64,000 bases of DNA, from contig JAZOSB010000025.1 in assembly GCA_045656865.1 (NCBI GenBank), positions 8,032 to 72,031 on the forward strand, in the 5' to 3' direction. Both the position numbers and the translations under genes were made by a program. Of this stretch, positions 38,413-47,824 are shown one piece after another. The stretch is from Clostridia bacterium. GTDB lineage: Bacteria; Bacillota; Clostridia; UMGS1883. Below the pieces are notes generated by a model. That model was not told where the DNA came from and searched no databases. It was given only the letters and a program-made list of their open reading frames with translations. How positions within the stretch are numbered: position 1 is the first letter of the stretch; each line of letters starts with the position of its first letter.

Positions 38413-38861
38413 CCTCTCATAAGACTTGTTATCATACTCTTGAATATTCCTGCCCGAATAACGTCGCGGACATCTGCATTAAAGGGAAGAACTTTATCAT
38501 TCACCGCACCTAAGATTATGTGCGCTTCCCTTTCGGTTATACAGTTATAATCCAGAAGATTCTGCACGAAAACTGCCGCCGTGCGGTAGGAAAGGCTGTT
38601 TCCCACGGCATTTACAATGTGCATAGGATAGGTGGAGGCATCAGTTTTTACCGTGCGGATTCGCACACCGCCGCCACCACCACGCCTGCTTTCGATTATA
38701 TACCCTCTTTCGGGGGTGAAGCGTGTCTGTATTACATAGTTAATCTGGCTTGGGACACAGTTAAGCTCCCCTGCAAGGTTGTTTCGCTGAATTTCAACAG
38801 AGCCGTCAGCTTCCTTTAGCATATCAAGGAGCATTTTTTCGATAATATCTGACATATTCAT
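38409..38861 (-). CDS. ctsR: Class III stress-gene repressor CtsR
   Basis: 150 aa. It shows the CtsR N-terminal HTH and glycine-rich loop (RRGGGGG). It is the first gene of ctsR-mcsA-mcsB-clpC. Confidence 0.92.
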   Translation of the reverse strand: MNMSDIIEKMLLDMLKEADGSVEIQRNNLAGELNCVPSQINYVIQTRFTPERGYIIESRRGGGGGVRIRTVKTDASTYPMHIVNAVGNSLSYRTAAVFVQNLLDYNCITEREAHIILGAVNDKVLPFNADVRDVIRAGIFKSMITSLMRG

Positions 38862-38886
38862 ATATAAACACCTCTTTTGTGATAAA

Positions 38887-38913
38887 GTTTGACTTTGACT
38901 TTCTTTGACTTTA
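38887..38913 (-). promoter_or_regulatory. CtsR operator (three heptad repeats)
   Basis: In the minus sense: AGTCAAA-GAA-AGTCAAA-GTCAAA, directly downstream of the -10. This matches the known CtsR box, a (A/G)GTCAAA direct repeat. Confidence 0.85.
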
Positions 38914-38941
38914 ATATATCACCTCATTTTTCATTTGTCAA
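38913..38941 (-). promoter_or_regulatory. SigA promoter of the ctsR operon
   Basis: In the minus sense: TTGACA, a 17-nt spacer, then TATATT. Confidence 0.7.
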
Positions 38942-39075
38942 TAGGTTGGGGAGAAAAATTTTTGGAGAAATTTATATTTTTTTGCAAAAACAGGAACACG
39001 TAGTTCGTGTTCCTATACTAAATATAGTGGTATGATAATCGTTGTCGAGAATATGAAAAATCGGGAGGATTTTCT

Positions 39076-39294
39076 ATGATAGTGTATTGTGTGCGTCGCG
39101 ATCAGCTAAAGGACGAGGATCTCGGGCGGTATATTTCTTTTGGAATAGATATATTAGAAGATGGTAAACCCCTCCGTGTGATAAAAGACGTTTCCCCCAA
39201 TGAAAAAGAACTCCGAAAGCTTGTATCGCTCCTCAACAAGCTGCAACCGAGCCTGATACATATAGATGATATTATAGAGGATTTTATAAGCTGA
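39076..39294 (+). CDS. Hypothetical 72-aa protein
   Basis: GGGAGG SD 7 nt upstream. The protein is small and acidic. A loose recalled resemblance to small Clostridia-specific DUF proteins is unverified. Confidence 0.5.
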   Translation: MIVYCVRRDQLKDEDLGRYISFGIDILEDGKPLRVIKDVSPNEKELRKLVSLLNKLQPSLIHIDDIIEDFIS

Positions 39295-39316
39295 AACATA
39301 TTCAAGGCAAAAAAAT

Positions 39317-39365
39317 AAGACTGCAATTCCTTTCTGCCCGTGGGGATGTTGCGGTCTTGTTTTTA
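39317..39365 (+). terminator. Terminator after the 72-aa gene
   Basis: AAGACTGCAA...TTGCGGTCTT (one G-U in the plus sense) followed by GTTTTT. Confidence 0.6.
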
Positions 39366-39581
39366 TGTGCTGTTATTTTTTTCTGAAAATTCGGCAAAAT
39401 CTATCTGAAAGAGTCTCGCGAGCTCGCATACAAGGTTGAAACCGGGATTTTTCTGACCCCGTTCCACCTTCTGATACCATCGTACCGAAATCTCCAGCAG
39501 TTCTGCTGTCTTTTCCTGAGTGAGTTTCCGTTCCCGTCTGCGTGTCCGCAGAGTTTTCGAAAGTAATTCCCGTTTAGTCAA
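39363..39581 (-). CDS. XRE-family HTH transcriptional regulator
   Basis: 72 aa with a Cro/C1-type HTH (LTQEKTAELLEISVRWYQKVERGQKNP). Confidence 0.85.
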   Translation of the reverse strand: MTKRELLSKTLRTRRRERKLTQEKTAELLEISVRWYQKVERGQKNPGFNLVCELARLFQIDFAEFSEKNNST

Positions 39582-39635
39582 TTTTTAAAATATTGCAGGG
39601 TGCATTGCACCCTGCAACACCTTCTTCCCGTAAAA

Positions 39636-40064
39636 TTAAACTATATCGCTGTACTTGGTAATGGTTTCAATAAGATTTCCATTACTGTCGTATGCCTTGT
39701 GTGTCAGCTTCAGACGGTATTGGTATCCACTCATAACAGCATAATAGTTGGAAACCATTGCGTAAGCTTCGTAACGGTCTGTCCAGGTTTTGATGGTTGT
39801 CCAGCTTGTGCCGTTTTTCTGCTGAAGCTCCACCTTTACGTAAGCTTCATAGCCATCGGGAACCTCCGTTCCGCCGTAAACCTGCAAGGTGTTGGTACCT
39901 TTCCATTCGAGAGCGGTGTCACAAGCTATTATAATAATATTTGCCGGTGCAATACTGACATTAGAGGGAATTTCTTTAGCATATGTACCTATACCGGGAA
40001 GTGCAAGGCACATTGCCGCCGCCATTACTATGGCAAGTGCTTTTTTAAAACCTTTCTTTTTCAT
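39636..40064 (-). CDS. Secreted beta-rich protein of unknown function
   Basis: 142 aa from MKKKGFKKALAIVMAAAMCLALPGIGTYA (signal peptide). The ATG at 40064 is preceded by AAGGAGGA. I recognise no family. Confidence 0.6.
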   Translation of the reverse strand: MKKKGFKKALAIVMAAAMCLALPGIGTYAKEIPSNVSIAPANIIIIACDTALEWKGTNTLQVYGGTEVPDGYEAYVKVELQQKNGTSWTTIKTWTDRYEAYAMVSNYYAVMSGYQYRLKLTHKAYDSNGNLIETITKYSDIV

Positions 40065-40184
40065 AAAAAATCCTCCTTTTGTTTCAGGTTTCATATATAT
40101 AACGTAAAAGGAGACAAAAAGGGGACAAGCTTTTATAAAAAAATAAAAAACAAGCCACAATTGTATGCGGCTTGTCTATGCTCA

Positions 40185-40883
40185 TTATTTTGCTGTTGCA
40201 GTTTTTGCTATTTTTATAAGTTCTTCTTTATCTATATTGCCTGCAAGACGAAATGTATAAACTCCATCATTCCATAAAATAACATTTGTTCCGTTGCTGA
40301 CAATATATACTCCGGCATGATTGTTGATTTTTATGTTTTCAAGAGTTCCTTTTTCTGTGTTAATGGCAGTTTTTAATTTCACAGCGCTCATATATAATTG
40401 GAAAAATTTTTCTCCGCTTTTAAATTTTAAAAACGCATTGTCTGTTCCCGTTCTATCCAATGTAATCTTAAACCCATTGGAAATATATCCAATATGCACC
40501 ATATCATTAGAATATGAATTCTGTTTTGTTTCTGTGAAAGTAATTTCCATATCGGGTGCATCTTTATCATAAAAGAAATTGAGGAATTTTGTTTTCAACG
40601 CTTCCACGCCGCGTGGTGATAGTAATACTGTTATTGCAACCAACAAAATAACAAAACATGCTACCTTACCTGTAACAACAGTTGCACGGCGGAGGTTATA
40701 TTTGTGTCGTTCCTTTCTGAAAAGCTTCTGCATATTTCTTTCGTGTTCGGGGGAGAAATTAATTTCGGGGGCGTTATAGTCTGCTTCCTTTCTGTACGCC
40801 TCTGCTGAGGCTTCGTCTATCAAGGTATCTAATACTTTATCAACGATTTTTTCTTCAGTTTTCATTCTTTTCATTCCTTTCAT
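40185..40883 (-). CDS. Anti-sigma factor, single-pass membrane, DUF4367-like extracellular domain
   Basis: 232 aa with one TM segment (ACFVILLVAITVLL). The C-terminal block (ILWNDGVYTFRLAGNIDKEELIKIA) is typical of DUF4367. Its start overlaps the sigma gene's stop. Confidence 0.75.
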   Translation of the reverse strand: MKGMKRMKTEEKIVDKVLDTLIDEASAEAYRKEADYNAPEINFSPEHERNMQKLFRKERHKYNLRRATVVTGKVACFVILLVAITVLLSPRGVEALKTKFLNFFYDKDAPDMEITFTETKQNSYSNDMVHIGYISNGFKITLDRTGTDNAFLKFKSGEKFFQLYMSAVKLKTAINTEKGTLENIKINNHAGVYIVSNGTNVILWNDGVYTFRLAGNIDKEELIKIAKTATAK

Positions 40884-41452
40884 TACAGGATTTTATCGGC
40901 GATGTTATTTTCGTTGGTTTTCATTTTTGCAAGTTCCTCTTTAATAAATTTCCTTGCACGGAAAAGCCGTTTCTTTGCGGTTTCAAAGTTAATTCCTAAC
41001 AGCTTTGCAATGGTTTCCACGCTAAGCTCATGTCCGCAGGAAAGTAGTAGCACCGATTTGTACTTAATGTCCATTCTTTCCAGTATGCTCATAACTGCGT
41101 TATAAGATTCCTTTGAAATTAAAAGATTTTCGGGATTGTATGTAGTTTCGGAAAATGAGGTGTCATTATCGTAAAGGGGTGTCACTTCCTCGCCTTTTTT
41201 CTTGCGGTACATATCGAGTGCCACGTTCCTGCAGATAACCGTCAGCAGGGCAGCTGTCTTTATCTCATCCTCTATATTCAGTCGGGCAATGTTTTTTATA
41301 AACCTTTCAAAAGTTTCCTGAACTGCATCCTGCGAAGACTCGCCGTCCTTCAGGATTTCATACGCAATCCAGTAAAGTCTGACCCTGTGAGTGTAATAAA
41401 GTGTTTCTATCAGGTCGGGTTTTGCCTGATGATTTTTCTTCTTTAAAAGCAT
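40883..41452 (-). CDS. ECF-type (sigma-70 family) RNA polymerase sigma factor
   Basis: About 189 aa from the ATG at 41452 (AAGGAG SD). Region 2 (SQDAVQETFERF) and the region 4 HTH (LSVETIAKLLGINFETAKKRLFRAR). Confidence 0.85.
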   Translation of the reverse strand: MLLKKKNHQAKPDLIETLYYTHRVRLYWIAYEILKDGESSQDAVQETFERFIKNIARLNIEDEIKTAALLTVICRNVALDMYRKKKGEEVTPLYDNDTSFSETTYNPENLLISKESYNAVMSILERMDIKYKSVLLLSCGHELSVETIAKLLGINFETAKKRLFRARKFIKEELAKMKTNENNIADKIL

Positions 41453-41528
41453 AGGAACAATTCTCCTTTTATCATTTCTATGTAAGCTCATTATATTTGA
41501 AAATTTTTCCGATTTCAAGAGGGAAGTC

Positions 41529-41568
41529 AAAAAAACACAATAACCGCAATTGGTTATTGTGTTTTTTT
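41529..41568. terminator. Terminator after the cotF-like gene
   Basis: ACACAATAACC-GCAATT-GGTTATTGTGT flanked by A6 on one side and T7 on the other. Confidence 0.85.
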
Positions 41569-41569
41569 G

Positions 41570-42034
41570 TCAACTGTACATTGAGTTTTTGCTCATATAA
41601 TCATAAAGCTGTTTTCCGTGCTCCTGCTCCTCTTTCTGAATGTGGTTGATGCTCTGGCGGATATTTTCATCCTTGAACTCAAACACACAGGTATCGTACA
41701 TATGGCTTGCGTGCTTCTCTGTCGTAAGCAGGTCATTTGCCAAAAAGCTGTCACGTGTTTTTTCCTCACTGTCGGCAGGGCCGTAGCACTCTGTAAATGT
41801 CGGGGTCTGCTGACCTTGTTGCCCGCCGCCCGAATTTTGGGCAGGGGTCTGTCCGTTTTCAATCTTGGTAAGGGTATCAAGATGCCCCTGCTCCACCTGT
41901 GCAATGCGGATGCAAAGCTGCTTTAACTGGGGGTCAAATGCTTCCTCTGCCGCCTTTGTGTACTTGTCAATGCACAGCTTTTCCGTGCCTTTCATATCTT
42001 TTAGTAATTCTGTTTCTTTCTGACTAAGCTGCAT
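41570..42034 (-). CDS. Spore coat protein, CotF-like (ferritin-like fold)
   Basis: 154 aa from MQLSQKE (GAGGTG SD). Coat_F-type repeats (LLKDMKGTEKLCIDKY, LLTTEKHASHMY) flank a Gln/Gly-rich linker. Confidence 0.75.
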   Translation of the reverse strand: MQLSQKETELLKDMKGTEKLCIDKYTKAAEEAFDPQLKQLCIRIAQVEQGHLDTLTKIENGQTPAQNSGGGQQGQQTPTFTECYGPADSEEKTRDSFLANDLLTTEKHASHMYDTCVFEFKDENIRQSINHIQKEEQEHGKQLYDYMSKNSMYS

Positions 42035-42075
42035 AAAAATCACCTCACAGGTATTTTATCCCATGAGGTGCATTT

Positions 42076-44286
42076 TTAGTCATATAAATTTTTGAAAACG
42101 TAGGTTGCACTGTCGCTTGTGATTTTGAATGACAGATAGCATACCTTTTCAATAGATTTTTCAATCGTGCTTTCGTCACGGATGCTCGCAACTGTTATAT
42201 ACCGCACACCGTCCTCGATTCTGCAGAAGTTTTCGCTTCCGCTTGAAATTACAAACACGTTTTTCGTCTTTGCCGAATCGGAAAGCATACTGTAAAATGC
42301 CTTTTTGTCAATTTCCGAGGCAAATGACGGCTCTTTATCCAGTATTACAAACACGTTTTTCTGCGAGGAATTAAGTGCCGCTAAAAGCTTTTCCCACTGT
42401 GTACCCCTTGAAATAACGCCGTCCTTTTGCTGGAGGGAAACTATTTTCGAGTGTGAGTAGCTTCTTTCGATATAGTTTCCTGCCATTACGGGGGAATTTG
42501 CAGGGGTCAGGTCAGCAGGCTTATCTCCGCCCACAACGGCAGAAACATCCGACTTTTCCAATATATCCATAGCATTTGCATAAACGACACGGTCAAAAAG
42601 CGTGTTCATTGCGGATGAACTGTAAATGTTAAAAGATGCACCTGCTTCTCTGTCACGGTTAAGATAGTCAACTGTTACAGGCATTGTTGCAGATGCTTCG
42701 CCCCCTGACGAAGTGATAACTATACTCCTCCTTGCACCGTTTCTTGAAAGATTCAGCAGTCCCGAAGTTCGGGAAGGATTAAGGAGGGAAAGGTCATTTA
42801 TAACAGCCGTATTTCCTTCTTCGTCAAAAACTTTCACCTTCCCTGAAAGTTCTGCTTCGCTACCGATTTTTTCGGGGGCAATGATTCCTGCAACCTCTCC
42901 TATTATATTTATTTTGAAAGAATCCGTTTCCTTACCATTATAATATGCGGTAACGGTGGCTTCACCGCTTCCCGTGGGGTAAAATACATTATCCTTTACC
43001 GTGCCTTTTCCGTCAGAAACTCTCCACGAAAGAGTTTCGCTTACCGATGACGGGGGATTGTAATTTTTGTCGTAGGGTGTTACCTTTATTTTTATACTGT
43101 CACCCGAAAGTACGCTTTTTTCCGAAACCTCACACAAGACCCCTACTGCCGCAAGGCTTTCGGCATTGCTCGTTATGGCAGGTGCATTTATAACCTTTCT
43201 CGTTTCCGAGGGGGAGTTAAGCGTATGCAGGGTGTTGTTTTTAAGCGTTTTTCCAACCATTGCAGTAGAGCCGCCGCCGTCAAGGTTGATGGCATTTAGC
43301 ATACCCATTTCCTTGCATATGTCAGCGAGTGCTGAAAGAGAAACACCTCCGCTGACACTCTGTCTGCCGTCAACGGTCATCATATAAATAACTGTACCGT
43401 CGGCGTTTGTTCCTATTACACTGCGTGGGTGGTTTCCGCTTACGTCGTGGGTGATTTGGGTTTTCTGTCCGTCTTTCAAAAGGAGTGTACCACCGCCAAA
43501 TGCCGTCTGCACATCCTCAATAGACGGATTTACGCTGATTTCGGTTTTAACAAAGTCGCCAATATTGAATTTTGAATCCAGAAAAGGAGTCATATTGTCA
43601 TTGATTGCAAGTATATATCCGTTTTCGGGAACGGGGATTACACCGCCCATGCTGATTCCCTTTGCAGTAACTACATCCTCGATAACCGTTACTGCCGTTA
43701 TCCCCTCGGGAAGATGGGGGGAGGTTGCGCCGTTGAAATCAGGGGTGTACATAAGCACAGCACCATAGTAATCGGTGGGTTTGTTGATATGTGCAATGGG
43801 CATCTGAGTTCCGTCGGGGGCAGTGATTTTCATAGTGAAATCTATATAGGAAAGGGAAAGCCTGTTATCCTCAAAAAAGCCTGCCGCCATATCGGAATTT
43901 ATATGGGACTGCAAAAGCTCGCCATCCTTGACCTCAATTCCCAGAGAGAAGTTCTGACTCCCCTTATATGCAGAGAAGAAGTCACCGTTTATTGCAGCGA
44001 CGGTCTGGCTGTCGCCCTTTGCGTGGTTCATAACTGTATCAACCTTGTCACTTCCGCCGCTGTTTTTAAGCAGGTCGAAGCTGAGATTTCTATTCTTCAA
44101 ATCTGCCTTTATTAAGGTTATATTCATGGCTGAATCGCCGAAAAATCGTTGCTCTTTAATAAGTGTTACCCCGTCGGTTACAATTTCCTCCGTTCTGTTT
44201 GTGTAAAGCGTTGCCGCCTGAACACAAACTGTCAGCAGGGTAACAAAAACCGTCAACAGGAAAATAATTTTTTTCAATGAAATCAC
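42076..44286 (-). CDS. Secreted phosphodiester glycosidase family protein (NAGPA/DUF2233) with Ig-like repeat
   Basis: 736 aa with a signal peptide. Motifs AAINGDFF and AINLDGGGSTAMV, followed by a BIG2-like segment and a C-terminal domain of unknown function. Confidence 0.75.
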   Translation of the reverse strand: MISLKKIIFLLTVFVTLLTVCVQAATLYTNRTEEIVTDGVTLIKEQRFFGDSAMNITLIKADLKNRNLSFDLLKNSGGSDKVDTVMNHAKGDSQTVAAINGDFFSAYKGSQNFSLGIEVKDGELLQSHINSDMAAGFFEDNRLSLSYIDFTMKITAPDGTQMPIAHINKPTDYYGAVLMYTPDFNGATSPHLPEGITAVTVIEDVVTAKGISMGGVIPVPENGYILAINDNMTPFLDSKFNIGDFVKTEISVNPSIEDVQTAFGGGTLLLKDGQKTQITHDVSGNHPRSVIGTNADGTVIYMMTVDGRQSVSGGVSLSALADICKEMGMLNAINLDGGGSTAMVGKTLKNNTLHTLNSPSETRKVINAPAITSNAESLAAVGVLCEVSEKSVLSGDSIKIKVTPYDKNYNPPSSVSETLSWRVSDGKGTVKDNVFYPTGSGEATVTAYYNGKETDSFKINIIGEVAGIIAPEKIGSEAELSGKVKVFDEEGNTAVINDLSLLNPSRTSGLLNLSRNGARRSIVITSSGGEASATMPVTVDYLNRDREAGASFNIYSSSAMNTLFDRVVYANAMDILEKSDVSAVVGGDKPADLTPANSPVMAGNYIERSYSHSKIVSLQQKDGVISRGTQWEKLLAALNSSQKNVFVILDKEPSFASEIDKKAFYSMLSDSAKTKNVFVISSGSENFCRIEDGVRYITVASIRDESTIEKSIEKVCYLSFKITSDSATYVFKNLYD

Positions 44287-44360
44287 CTCGATGTCAATTA
44301 TTTTTCTTTTTCGCTTTTTGAATGTTATACAGCACTCTTACGGAAAGTGCCTTGGGCATA

Positions 44361-44618
44361 TTACACCTCGAAGCTTTCTTCAGGAAGCACGCGGATAGCT
44401 ACATTAAGCTCCTCGCCAACCTTTTCAAGCTCTGCCGTAAGCTCATCAAGGGAAAGCTCGCTCTTTTCCATATCCACAAGGGCAATCATTGTGAAAAGAT
44501 TCTGCATCAGCTTCTGGGAAATATCTAAAATATTGATATTTTTTTCATAGAAAAGTCCGCTGACTCTTGCGATGATACCTGTTTTATCCTTACCTACTAC
44601 TGTTACTACTGCTCTCAT
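44361..44618 (-). CDS. ACT domain protein (UPF0237 family)
   Basis: 85 aa. MRAVVTVVGKDKTGIIARVS is typical of UPF0237. Confidence 0.8.
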   Translation of the reverse strand: MRAVVTVVGKDKTGIIARVSGLFYEKNINILDISQKLMQNLFTMIALVDMEKSELSLDELTAELEKVGEELNVAIRVLPEESFEV

Positions 44619-44630
44619 AACAATTCTCCT

Positions 44631-45365
44631 TTACTTTCTATTCTGTCTTACTGTTTCATATATGAAAAGTGCCGCCGCAACGGATGCGTTGAGGGAATTT
44701 ACGTCACCCTTCATAGGGATGTTCACCTTAAAATCGCACTTTTCGAGAACTAAACGGCTGATACCCTCCCCCTCAGAGCCGATAACTATTGCAACCGCAC
44801 CCTTAAGGTCGGCATCATAGATATCCTTTTCGCCCGAAGCGTCTGCACCTGTTACCCAGATGTTTTTCTTCTTGAGGTCATCAATGGTTTTGGCAAGGCT
44901 TGTCACCCTTGCCACGGGGGTGTATTCAACTGCACCTGCACTTGCCTTTGCACAAACTGACGTGAGTGATGCCGATTCGTGCTTGGAAATAATGATTCCG
45001 TGGGCGCCTGCACAGTTTGCCGTTCTTATGATAGAGCCAAGGTTTCTCGGGTCTGCAATTCTGTCAAGAATTACTATAAAGGGCGGCTCCCCTTTCTCCT
45101 CCGCACGCTTTAAAATGTCGTCAACGGTAGCGTATTCCGCAGCACTGCAAAGGGCAATTACACCCTGATGCACACCTGTTTCGCTCATTTCGTCAAGCTT
45201 TCTGCCGTCGGTTTCAGTAACGGGAATCCCCTTTTCCCTTGCCATACGGATGATGGGAATTATGCTTCCGTGCTTATCGCCTTTTTTCACATATATTTTA
45301 TCAATATTTCTGCCACTTTTAAGTGCTTCTGTGACAGGGTTTCTGCCTTCTAATTTATCGCTCAT
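44631..45365 (-). CDS. rlmB: 23S rRNA (guanosine-2'-O)-methyltransferase RlmB-like (SpoU/TrmH)
   Basis: 244 aa. SpoU substrate-binding N-domain and SPOUT motifs (DPRNLGSIIRTA, IGSEGEGIS, SLNASVAAA). Confidence 0.88.
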   Translation of the reverse strand: MSDKLEGRNPVTEALKSGRNIDKIYVKKGDKHGSIIPIIRMAREKGIPVTETDGRKLDEMSETGVHQGVIALCSAAEYATVDDILKRAEEKGEPPFIVILDRIADPRNLGSIIRTANCAGAHGIIISKHESASLTSVCAKASAGAVEYTPVARVTSLAKTIDDLKKKNIWVTGADASGEKDIYDADLKGAVAIVIGSEGEGISRLVLEKCDFKVNIPMKGDVNSLNASVAAALFIYETVRQNRK

Positions 45366-45440
45366 ATCAAAACCTCCTTGGCTTGCTATGTCATTATAAC
45401 ATACAAATGGGCAAATTTGTACCTTTGTAACATAAATTTA

Positions 45441-47462
45441 TTATTTCAGGATTTCTCCAGTAAATGGGTTGCATCCGTTATTGGCGGAGTTATACGGTAA
45501 AACTACGTAATCAGAGTCAAAACGAAGCCCTTTTTGGTGAAGGTTATTAATGTCGCCGGGGGAATATCCCTGCGGAAAAAGATAGGATTTTCCGTCATAA
45601 TAAATCTTGAGCATACGGGCATCCTTAATGGTGTAAACGGGGATGTATTCCAAGACAGCGTTTCCAAGCTGATATTTTTGGTAGTCTTTCAGCAAAATGA
45701 CCTCAATATTTTTCTCTTTGGAACGGGTCAGGAGGGTATCTCTCTTTGATTTTCGGAAAATGGGGTCAGATGCAATAATCGTGTCTATGTGATTTTCATA
45801 TAAAAGGATATGAAATGTGTTTTGTGTTGTCAGAATAACCGTGGAAAAGGGTTGTGACGAGGTATGAAGAGTGCGTGCATCATGAATCTTGGGGCAGTCC
45901 ACCAGAAATGTATTTCCGTCAGAAAGCCGTACCGCAGACATGGTTTGTATACCGTAATATGCTGAAGAAATATTTGTTTCCCTGTTGGGAAAATACAGAG
46001 CTAAGAACACCGCAATTATGGAAAAAACAGAGGCAAATCTGTATCGGCTATTTCTTGTAAGGGGATGCATATATATTAGTACAAGGAAGAAACCCCATAA
46101 AACAATGAATGTAAGACAGCTTCCCGAAATTTCCAAAAGGGAAAATGGCAAATCCCTTACAAAACCGCTTACCGAGGTTATTCCGAGGGAGAAAAGCTTC
46201 ATAGCAAAGGCTGTCCCGTTGGGAATAATTGGTATCGGTGAAGCAATAATAAGAAGCATTCCGAGGATGACATAAACTCCCGAAAGTGGTACAAGTAGAG
46301 CGTTTGAAAGTAACGACCAGGGCGCTACCGTGCCGAAATAATAAACTAATACAGGCATAACGGTAAGCTGTGCGCTTATGCTCATTGACACAACCTCCGC
46401 AAGGGCAGAGGGCATAAATTTTGATAAAACATCTAAAATTCTTTTGTTATATATAATTATGCCTGCAACAGCCAGTACAGAAAGAATAAATCCTACATTA
46501 AATACCGTAAAGGGATTTATGAAAGTCATAATAATAACCGCAACTGAAAGCGATGTGGGAGAATCATTGTCGCGGTAGATGTATTTTGAAAGGAGAAAAA
46601 TCGAGCACATAATAAATGCCCTTATTACGCTTGCTCCTGCGCCCGTGAGAAGTACTATGAAAAATGCACCTGCAAAAACCAATATGTGACCGCATCTTCG
46701 TTTCCCCACAAAAAGCCATGCGACAGACATCAGAAAAGACATTGCCACAGAAAGGTGCAGACCCGAAACCACGGCAATGTGACTTAGTCCACTTGCTTTA
46801 AGGGATGCGTCAAGGTCATCGGAAATAAGACTTTTGTCACCGATAACCATTGCGTTAAAAAGCCCGCGGTCATCTATATTGGAAAAATATTTTTCACCGA
46901 GGCTGTCTATGTAAATACGCAGGGAATACAGCTTCCCAATCAGTCCGTCAGCCTTCCCTATTGGTTGAGGCGGCTTTTCCGTATCCAAAACAAGAAAAAT
47001 GCCATTCCCTGCAAGGGTATGGGCATAACCATGGGAGAAAATTTTGCTTGTGTTGGGGGCGCAAAGAGAAAAGTCTCCCTCAATAATATCTCCTGGAGAA
47101 AAGCAGGAATCCCCTTCATAACGGAGAAGTACCTTGTGCCTTTCCCCACCGTCCTCAAAATATGCAGCAACGGATTTTTCGGACGAAAATTCCGTTGCCG
47201 TCAGCCTCATTACCTCACTTTTGCCCGAATATCCCGCAATAATTTTGTTACGGCGGGTTTCGGCAATTTCCATTCTGCCTATTCCCACAATAATCAGCAA
47301 GAAGGCAATAAAGGACGGAAAGAGCCTTTTGGTTCTCAAAAACGCAAAAGCCAACACCAACAGGCACAAAACTACCGTTATTATTAAATTTACGCTGTAT
47401 GCGGCAAGAAATATTCCAAGAACGAATAAAATTGCTACAGGTATAAGCGGTCTTTTAATCAT
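45441..47462 (-). CDS. comEC: ComEC/Rec2 competence channel protein with degenerate C-terminal domain
   Basis: 673 aa with an N-terminal DUF4131-like region and the polytopic Competence domain (LKASGLSHIAVVSGLHL). The C-terminal roughly 190 aa lacks the HxHxDH metallo-beta-lactamase motif. Confidence 0.85.
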   Translation of the reverse strand: MIKRPLIPVAILFVLGIFLAAYSVNLIITVVLCLLVLAFAFLRTKRLFPSFIAFLLIIVGIGRMEIAETRRNKIIAGYSGKSEVMRLTATEFSSEKSVAAYFEDGGERHKVLLRYEGDSCFSPGDIIEGDFSLCAPNTSKIFSHGYAHTLAGNGIFLVLDTEKPPQPIGKADGLIGKLYSLRIYIDSLGEKYFSNIDDRGLFNAMVIGDKSLISDDLDASLKASGLSHIAVVSGLHLSVAMSFLMSVAWLFVGKRRCGHILVFAGAFFIVLLTGAGASVIRAFIMCSIFLLSKYIYRDNDSPTSLSVAVIIMTFINPFTVFNVGFILSVLAVAGIIIYNKRILDVLSKFMPSALAEVVSMSISAQLTVMPVLVYYFGTVAPWSLLSNALLVPLSGVYVILGMLLIIASPIPIIPNGTAFAMKLFSLGITSVSGFVRDLPFSLLEISGSCLTFIVLWGFFLVLIYMHPLTRNSRYRFASVFSIIAVFLALYFPNRETNISSAYYGIQTMSAVRLSDGNTFLVDCPKIHDARTLHTSSQPFSTVILTTQNTFHILLYENHIDTIIASDPIFRKSKRDTLLTRSKEKNIEVILLKDYQKYQLGNAVLEYIPVYTIKDARMLKIYYDGKSYLFPQGYSPGDINNLHQKGLRFDSDYVVLPYNSANNGCNPFTGEILK

Positions 47463-47529
47463 AGGGTTACTTTATCTCCTGTTTGAGGGAATTACACAAA
47501 GAACACTCGCCAAGGGTTGGAGTGTTCTT

Positions 47530-47763
47530 TTAATCTTCATTTCTTCTCGGATACGGTGCTTTTTCATCTGTTAAGCCTGTCAAATAATCCATACTTGTTC
47601 CGAGTGCAATTGCAATTTTCCTGCATTGTTCATAAGTATAATATCGTTTTCCTCGTTCAATTTTTGAATAGTCGCTTTGGTCAATTCCTGTGAGCATTTG
47701 AATTTTTATTTGAGTAAATCCTCTTTCTTTTCTCAAAGCTCTCAATCTTTCTGCAATATTCAT
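47530..47763 (-). CDS. XRE-family HTH transcriptional regulator
   Basis: 77 aa from MNIAERLRALRKERGFTQ with a Cro/C1-type HTH. Confidence 0.85.
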   Translation of the reverse strand: MNIAERLRALRKERGFTQIKIQMLTGIDQSDYSKIERGKRYYTYEQCRKIAIALGTSMDYLTGLTDEKAPYPRRNED

Positions 47764-47824
47764 AAATATCACCCATTTAATTATGTCAAATTGACCTATT
47801 GATTTTAGGGAACTTTTGACCTAT

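Noticed and set aside
39600-40277. 225-aa Cys-rich plus-strand ORF
   Set aside because: It lies antisense to the SD-preceded, signal-peptide-bearing 142-aa gene and to the end of the anti-sigma gene. It has no SD and an implausible composition.
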